64,000 nucleotides of DNA, from NCBI GenBank assembly GCA_965248435.1, contig OZ252100.1:2272001-2336000 (forward strand), read 5' to 3'. Of this stretch, positions 58,882-64,000 are shown piece by piece; position 1 is the first letter of the stretch, and each line of letters opens with the position of its first letter. The notes under the pieces were generated by a model. That model saw nothing but the letters and a program-made list of their open reading frames with translations. It was not told where the DNA came from and searched no databases. The translations under genes and the position numbers were made by a program. This DNA is from Candidatus Latescibacterota bacterium (GTDB taxonomy: Bacteria > Latescibacterota > UBA2968 > GCA-2709665).

Positions 58882-60183
58882 CTACCCCTGAAGTCCGGAA
58901 AATTCAATGCGCGGATCCACGACCTTCAAAAGAATGTCCGCAGCAAGTATCCCGATCAGCGTCAGCGCTGACCCGATCGTAAACATCGCCATCACGACCG
59001 GATAGTCTCTCACGAGCACCGACTGAAAGCCCAGATACCCGAGGCCCGGGATCGTAAAGATCGTCTCGATGAATACCGATCCCGCGATCAGGCCCGGCAG
59101 CAGGTAGGCAAGGATGGTCACGATCGGAATAAGCGAATTGCGCAGCACGTGCTGCAGGACGACCACCTTTTCCGACAGCCCCTTTGCGCGTGCAGTGCGT
59201 ACGTAGTCCAGTCGTAAGTTTTCCAGCATGCTGGTCCGCATGAAGCGCGAGATCCCGGCGAAGCTCGAGTAGCTCGACGCCAGGATTGGCAGGATGAGAT
59301 GGTGGACGTGATCTTTCAACAAGCGCCACGCCCCCCAATCGGATGTCGCCTGAAGCGACTGGATCCCGGAAGCCGGGAACCAGTAGAAGAACTCCTTGTT
59401 GCAGAAGAAAATGATTAGGAGCATCCCGACCCAGAAGGAGGGCATAGACCAGAGCACGAACGTCCCGGCCGTGAGGACCCGATCGGTCAGCTCATTCTGC
59501 CGGACGGCCGACCAGACGCCGATCGGCAGGCCGATGATATAGGCAACGAAGAGGCTGATCAGGCTGATCTCTATCGTGATCGGAAGCCGTTCACTGATTC
59601 TCTGGATTACGGGGCGTTGGTCCTTGAAGGACCGGCCGAAGTTGAGCGTGACAAATCGTCTTCCAAGTAGCGTGAAAAGTTCCAGCCCCGGTCCATCGTA
59701 ACGGTAATTAGACTCGAGTTTAACCGTTCTGCCCTGCCAGAACGACGAAGTGATGAGTTCCTCGACCCGATCGGGAGCGTGCTTCCCGAAGTGTTCCAGA
59801 AATCTCGCCTTGCGCGCGTCCTCTTTCAGTCGACCGAGCGCCTCACGCACTTCGGGCGTCAGGTCGCCCATCACTCGGTCCACCTGCAGTGCGGTCCGGT
59901 CGAATCCACTGAGTCGCTCCACCCGCAGCAGCAGGTTCGACAACCAGCTCAGGTACTGAACGTGGATCGGCTTGTCCAGTCCAAGCTGCCGCCTGAGATC
60001 TTGCCGGGTCTTTTCGACGTCCGACGGTTCATCCGTGGAGATTCCCTCGCCTCCGGCAATCCCCCCCAGAAAGAGATCCACCGGGTCTCCCGGGGCCAGG
60101 TGCATAATCAGGAAGGAAATGAGCGTGATGCCGATCAATGTCGGAATCAGCAGCAGAATACGCTGGATGATATACTGAATCAT
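58882..60183 (-). CDS. oppB: Oligopeptide ABC transporter permease with an extended periplasmic loop
   Basis: Motifs APGDP, GLDKP, DYVRTARAKGL, RDYPVV and DPRI. Confidence 0.9.
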   Translation of the reverse strand: MIQYIIQRILLLIPTLIGITLISFLIMHLAPGDPVDLFLGGIAGGEGISTDEPSDVEKTRQDLRRQLGLDKPIHVQYLSWLSNLLLRVERLSGFDRTALQVDRVMGDLTPEVREALGRLKEDARKARFLEHFGKHAPDRVEELITSSFWQGRTVKLESNYRYDGPGLELFTLLGRRFVTLNFGRSFKDQRPVIQRISERLPITIEISLISLFVAYIIGLPIGVWSAVRQNELTDRVLTAGTFVLWSMPSFWVGMLLIIFFCNKEFFYWFPASGIQSLQATSDWGAWRLLKDHVHHLILPILASSYSSFAGISRFMRTSMLENLRLDYVRTARAKGLSEKVVVLQHVLRNSLIPIVTILAYLLPGLIAGSVFIETIFTIPGLGYLGFQSVLVRDYPVVMAMFTIGSALTLIGILAADILLKVVDPRIEFSGLQG

Positions 60184-60204
60184 GGGTTATCGTTCGATGC
60201 CCGT

Positions 60205-62076
60205 TTACTGATAAAGCCTGTCTGCTGTGTCCACCCACCACTCCTGTGTGTCGCTCCCGCCAGGGTACCAGTTGACGCCCTGGAAGCGGCGGCTATATGC
60301 GCTGGCAACGCGCGACTTCCACAGAAACGTGTAGGGCTGCTCTGCGTGTACGATCTCCTGAAATCGCCTGTATAGGGCGATCCGTTTGTCCATATCGAAC
60401 TCGCGTCGATACGTTTCCAGTATTTGATCCACTTCATCACTTTTAAAACTGACAAAGTTCGAGCCCCGACCTTTGGCTTGAGACGAATGCCAGATCTGGT
60501 AGGCATCCGGGGGAAAGCGAACGGTCCCCGTCCACCCGAGTGTGAGGGCCGCGAACTCTTTGTTTTTGACTCGGTCCAGAAAGATCGACCAGTCCAGCTC
60601 GCGAACATCGCAGACGATACCGATGTCCTCGAGCTCACTTTGCAAGGTGAGCGCAATATCCTTCCTCATCTGGTTGCCGGAGTTGACCAGAAACTCGAAC
60701 TTGAATGGCGTTTTCTCACCATCGATTTCCTTGTCCAGAATACCGTCGTTGTCGCTGTCGGCCCAGCCCGCATCTTCCAGCAGCCGAAGGGCCAGGTCCG
60801 GATCGTAGGCGTAGGGTTCCAGCTCGTGGTTGTACTCCGGACGAAACTTGTGAATCGGCCCCTCCACCGTTTCCCCGAGGCCGAACAGGAGGTTCTTGAC
60901 CATGCCCTCCCGGTCCAGGAGATGCGTCATGGCCGTTCGAACCTGTCGGTCACGGAAGATAGGATGGACGTTGTTCCATCCGATGTAGGTGTAACCCCCC
61001 GAGTATTCAATACCCTTCAGCAAACGCTCCACGAAACCGGAAGACCAGCTCTTTTCCTTGAACTCCAGGGGCCGCAGTCTGTGGATGTCCAGATTCCCGT
61101 TCGTCAGCTCGACAAACGCCGCGTCTGTATTGTTGATGATCTTGAAGACGATTCTGTACACGTAACCCGTCGCGGGAAGTCCTTCTACCTCTTCCCCCCA
61201 GTACTCGGGGTTGCGTGTGAGCACCACCTTCTGTCCTGTAACCACATCCTGATCCCAATCCTTTACCAGGTAGGGCCCGGATCCCAGCATCTGCTGATTA
61301 AAACTCTGGTTGAACCCCTCCGCGAACTTCGTCACGCGGTCTTTGTGCGGTCCAGCCTCCCACGTACCATCGATCAGGCTGCGCACAGCAACCGGGTCCA
61401 TCAGACCGTCGGGATCGTAAAAATGTTTTGGCAGAATCTCGAATGAACCGAGTGAAAGATCGTTCCGAAAGTAGGGTTCCCTGCAAACGAAGCTGATCCT
61501 GGACGGGCCATCCCTGCGAACGTCCTGAACCGCGGCATAATAGTTGCGCATGTGAGGCGCGAGCACGCGCGGATTGTGAATCACTTTCATGCTGAAGACC
61601 ACGTCCTCGACCGTCAGTGGTCTGCCATCTGCAAAGCGCACATTGTCACGCAGTTCGAACGTGTAGGTCAGACGGTCTTCAGAGATCTGCGGGTATGCCC
61701 TGGCGACCATCCCTTTCATTTCAAATGGGGGATCGTTCTCCGCGTAAAGCAAGGAATCGAAAATATACCGGTGGACCGTCGAGGCTCCGGAATCGTTAGA
61801 CGTGTAAGGGTTGAAGTTCTCCGGATCGGACAGGAAGTGAAGTACCAGCCAGTCTCCATAAGTCGGAGCGTTCTGTCCTTCGTATCTCAGCGGCGCCGGT
61901 TCGGTCCCATCCAGGACGATAATGTCCTTTGTCCCGGAAAGGATGCCCTGGACCTTCTTCCAAGAAGCAGCGGCATCGGTAAATTCGGGGGACGGCGCTT
62001 CGGAGCTGCAGGAGAGTAAAAGACAGGCAATCGCGATCGAAAAAAATGAAAGGAATCTATTTGGCAGTGCCGTCAT
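60205..62076 (-). CDS. oppA: Peptide ABC transporter substrate-binding lipoprotein (family 5)
   Basis: Lipobox LLS-C; YTFELR.NVRFADG.PLT.EDV.FS and GSGPY. Confidence 0.9.
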   Translation of the reverse strand: MTALPNRFLSFFSIAIACLLLSCSSEAPSPEFTDAAASWKKVQGILSGTKDIIVLDGTEPAPLRYEGQNAPTYGDWLVLHFLSDPENFNPYTSNDSGASTVHRYIFDSLLYAENDPPFEMKGMVARAYPQISEDRLTYTFELRDNVRFADGRPLTVEDVVFSMKVIHNPRVLAPHMRNYYAAVQDVRRDGPSRISFVCREPYFRNDLSLGSFEILPKHFYDPDGLMDPVAVRSLIDGTWEAGPHKDRVTKFAEGFNQSFNQQMLGSGPYLVKDWDQDVVTGQKVVLTRNPEYWGEEVEGLPATGYVYRIVFKIINNTDAAFVELTNGNLDIHRLRPLEFKEKSWSSGFVERLLKGIEYSGGYTYIGWNNVHPIFRDRQVRTAMTHLLDREGMVKNLLFGLGETVEGPIHKFRPEYNHELEPYAYDPDLALRLLEDAGWADSDNDGILDKEIDGEKTPFKFEFLVNSGNQMRKDIALTLQSELEDIGIVCDVRELDWSIFLDRVKNKEFAALTLGWTGTVRFPPDAYQIWHSSQAKGRGSNFVSFKSDEVDQILETYRREFDMDKRIALYRRFQEIVHAEQPYTFLWKSRVASAYSRRFQGVNWYPGGSDTQEWWVDTADRLYQ

Positions 62077-62136
62077 ATGATCTCCCTCCCTTGGCTATCG
62101 ATTTCGTTAGGCCAGGCCTCGATACGCGCGGCGCAT

Positions 62137-63924
62137 CTATCCTGGATACAACCCCAGATTTTCGTGCCACATTTGATTCATTTTCAGGCGAGTTTCAGAA
62201 TCTTCAGGTAATGCGATTGGCCGGCCCCGGCCATCCAGGATGACCCCGACAATACCCCCGCTTACTCGCGTCTGCAAATCCTCGCCCTGTCCCGCGCCCC
62301 CATTCCAACGCCGCGCCGGCCTCAGGGTTGCCTCCGCCTCTGCACCTTCCGGGAGAGGCAGAAGCTTCAAATCACCTACTTTCAGTTCCCCCGACACCAC
62401 ACCCTCAGGTAGATCGATCTCGTAGGTCGCACACACCTCACCCGGTTTTCCCACCCCCGCGGGGGCGATACACGTGCCTAGATCGACCAGGCAATCACGC
62501 TCAAATACCTCTGTCGCGGCACCCTCATCGACCGTAGACAACACGCCCAAGTGCGGCATCATGAAGATGCTGTCCACGGCAAGGCGCGTAATCCCCTCCG
62601 GCTGGAAAGCATCGATCATCATCGCGGCGGCCTGAGCCCGGCGGGGTGCGTGAGACAGCACTCCCCCGCTCCCGATCAACAGGTCCAGCGCCATCATATC
62701 GATAAGGCTTCCCCCCGTTCCCGACTGGTCGAACACGTCGGAAAGCGTCCGCTCCGTCTGAACGCCTTTCAGACCCACCGCGAGTGCCAGGTGCTGTACG
62801 AACGCCAGCCGAAGTGCCTCCCGGGCGATCGCCTGCTCAATCTGCAGATCCTCCAGGGTCTGCGGAACGGTCGTCGGCCGGATCATCTTGTTCTTGATCC
62901 GATCGCGGAGATCGGTCTCGTCCATTCGGAATGGCATCCAGCGACTCACGCCTTCGACGCCGGCTTCTGCGAGGACGTTCGAAATGCTGTAGGACATCCC
63001 CAGGTTCGCACTCACCGTTCGGTTGAACGTCTCCCCGAACACGCTGAAGACATCCGTTGTGGCCCCACCGATATCCACGCCGATGAGGCTGATGCCCTGC
63101 CGCCGGGCAACGGTTTGCATGATCAGCCCGAACGCGCCCGGAGTCGGCATAATTGGAGCGTCGGTCCAGCCCATCAGTTTTCGGTAGCCTGGGGCCTGTG
63201 CCATCACGTGGTCCAGAAACAGATCGTGGATCACCTGCCTGGCCGGTCCCAGGTTTTCCCGCTCCAGCACCGGACGCAGATTTTCGGTCACGGTCAGCGC
63301 GGTCCTCTCCCCCAGCACCCGCTCGATCTCCGGGGTGGCGTCTCGATTCCCGGCAAAAATGACGGGAAGGTTGAACCCGGTTCCGAATCTCGGCTTCGGA
63401 TCAGCAGCCGCGATGAACTCCGCAAGCTCCACGACGTGACTGATCGTTCCCCCGTCCGTTCCTCCCGAAAGCAGGACCATGTCCGGCCTGAGCTGCCTGA
63501 TGCGTTCGATCTTCTGGTGCGGGAGTCTGCCATCGTTCGATGCCAGAACGTCCATGACGATCGCCCCAGCACCCAGCGCTGTCCGCTGCGCACTTTCGGC
63601 CGTCATGGTCGCGACAACGCCGGCGACCATCATCTGGAGACCTCCGCCGGCGCTGCTCGTAGAGATGTAAACGTCCGCGCCTCGTCCCTCGCTGCTCGGC
63701 GAAATGATCTTTTCGCCGTCCAGGATTTGCCGACCCGAAAGCTCCTCCACTTCCTGAATCGCGTTCAACACGCCGCGAGTCACGTCCTCGAAAGGGGCCT
63801 CAACAGTCGTGGGGGCCTCACCGCGATAAGTTTGCCGGTAGGCCCCCTCTATTTTTTCGATCAGAATCGCCTTGGTGGTCGTGCTGCCGCAGTCCGTGGC
63901 AATCACAACGTTCAGATCACTCAT
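62137..63924 (-). CDS. Glutamate mutase L (GlmL/MutL)-like ASKHA ATPase
   Basis: Motifs TDCGSTTTKA, TSSAGGGL, LLSGGTDGG, MPTP, VDIGGATTDVFS and IGSGGVL. Confidence 0.85.
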   Translation of the reverse strand: MSDLNVVIATDCGSTTTKAILIEKIEGAYRQTYRGEAPTTVEAPFEDVTRGVLNAIQEVEELSGRQILDGEKIISPSSEGRGADVYISTSSAGGGLQMMVAGVVATMTAESAQRTALGAGAIVMDVLASNDGRLPHQKIERIRQLRPDMVLLSGGTDGGTISHVVELAEFIAAADPKPRFGTGFNLPVIFAGNRDATPEIERVLGERTALTVTENLRPVLERENLGPARQVIHDLFLDHVMAQAPGYRKLMGWTDAPIMPTPGAFGLIMQTVARRQGISLIGVDIGGATTDVFSVFGETFNRTVSANLGMSYSISNVLAEAGVEGVSRWMPFRMDETDLRDRIKNKMIRPTTVPQTLEDLQIEQAIAREALRLAFVQHLALAVGLKGVQTERTLSDVFDQSGTGGSLIDMMALDLLIGSGGVLSHAPRRAQAAAMMIDAFQPEGITRLAVDSIFMMPHLGVLSTVDEGAATEVFERDCLVDLGTCIAPAGVGKPGEVCATYEIDLPEGVVSGELKVGDLKLLPLPEGAEAEATLRPARRWNGGAGQGEDLQTRVSGGIVGVILDGRGRPIALPEDSETRLKMNQMWHENLGLYPG

Positions 63925-64000
63925 CTCTCTCGTGTTCCAGCTCCAGGATTTTGTCGACAAGGAACTCGATACTCGGGCGTTTCTCCAGGAACCGGATAAA
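63917..64000 (-). CDS. 3' end of an upstream gene (partial)
   Basis: Open frame FIRFLEKRPSIEFLVDKILELEHERDE* overlapping the GlmL-like start. Confidence 0.5.
   Translation of the reverse strand, partial: FIRFLEKRPSIEFLVDKILELEHERDE

Noticed and set aside
62551-63999. Long + strand ORF (482 aa) and many similar antisense ORFs across the window
   Set aside because: These are shadow frames of GC-rich minus-strand genes, with no recognisable motifs.

Overview
This is a GC-rich bacterial chromosomal window with nearly all genes on the minus strand. Gene content suggests a diderm FCB-group organism, possibly Candidatus Latescibacterota (inference only). (1) 1-17.9 kb is an apparent sigma54 regulon. 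An atypical enhancer-binding protein (uncharacterised N-terminal sensor, GAFTGA AAA+ domain, winged-helix C-terminus) sits next to a biosynthetic-like operon encoding a formyltransferase, an OleC-like adenylate-forming enzyme, a UbiA prenyltransferase, an RPH/PigC-like phosphotransferase and a DUF3419/BtaA-like SAM transferase. A second unit encodes a phytol/dolichol-kinase-like protein, an MMPL transporter and an EEP lipoprotein, and a TonB-dependent receptor is transcribed divergently. All three units have a -24/-12 promoter with 10-bp-phased GCAA repeats 105-165 bp upstream. (2) 18-21 kb holds a DUF3604 gene, an IS200-like Y1 transposase with palindromic ends and an internally deleted copy of the element. 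(3) Housekeeping and metabolic genes follow: mtnA, rsfS, carA, pyrC, a fused ECF ATPase, LarA-like, Fe-ADH and others. (4) A candidate sigma54-dependent small RNA lies at about 37.34-37.43 kb. (5) A low-GC islet carries a Panacea/PemK-like toxin-antitoxin pair; next to it is an ECF sigma/anti-sigma/mini-MotA operon. (6) 50.9-64 kb holds a GlmL/MutL-like ATPase with no mutase subunits in the window, plus a five-gene DUF6754 membrane module interleaved in an oppABC/oppDF operon. Three genes carry frameshifts that may be sequencing errors. No rRNA, tRNA or CRISPR array was seen.
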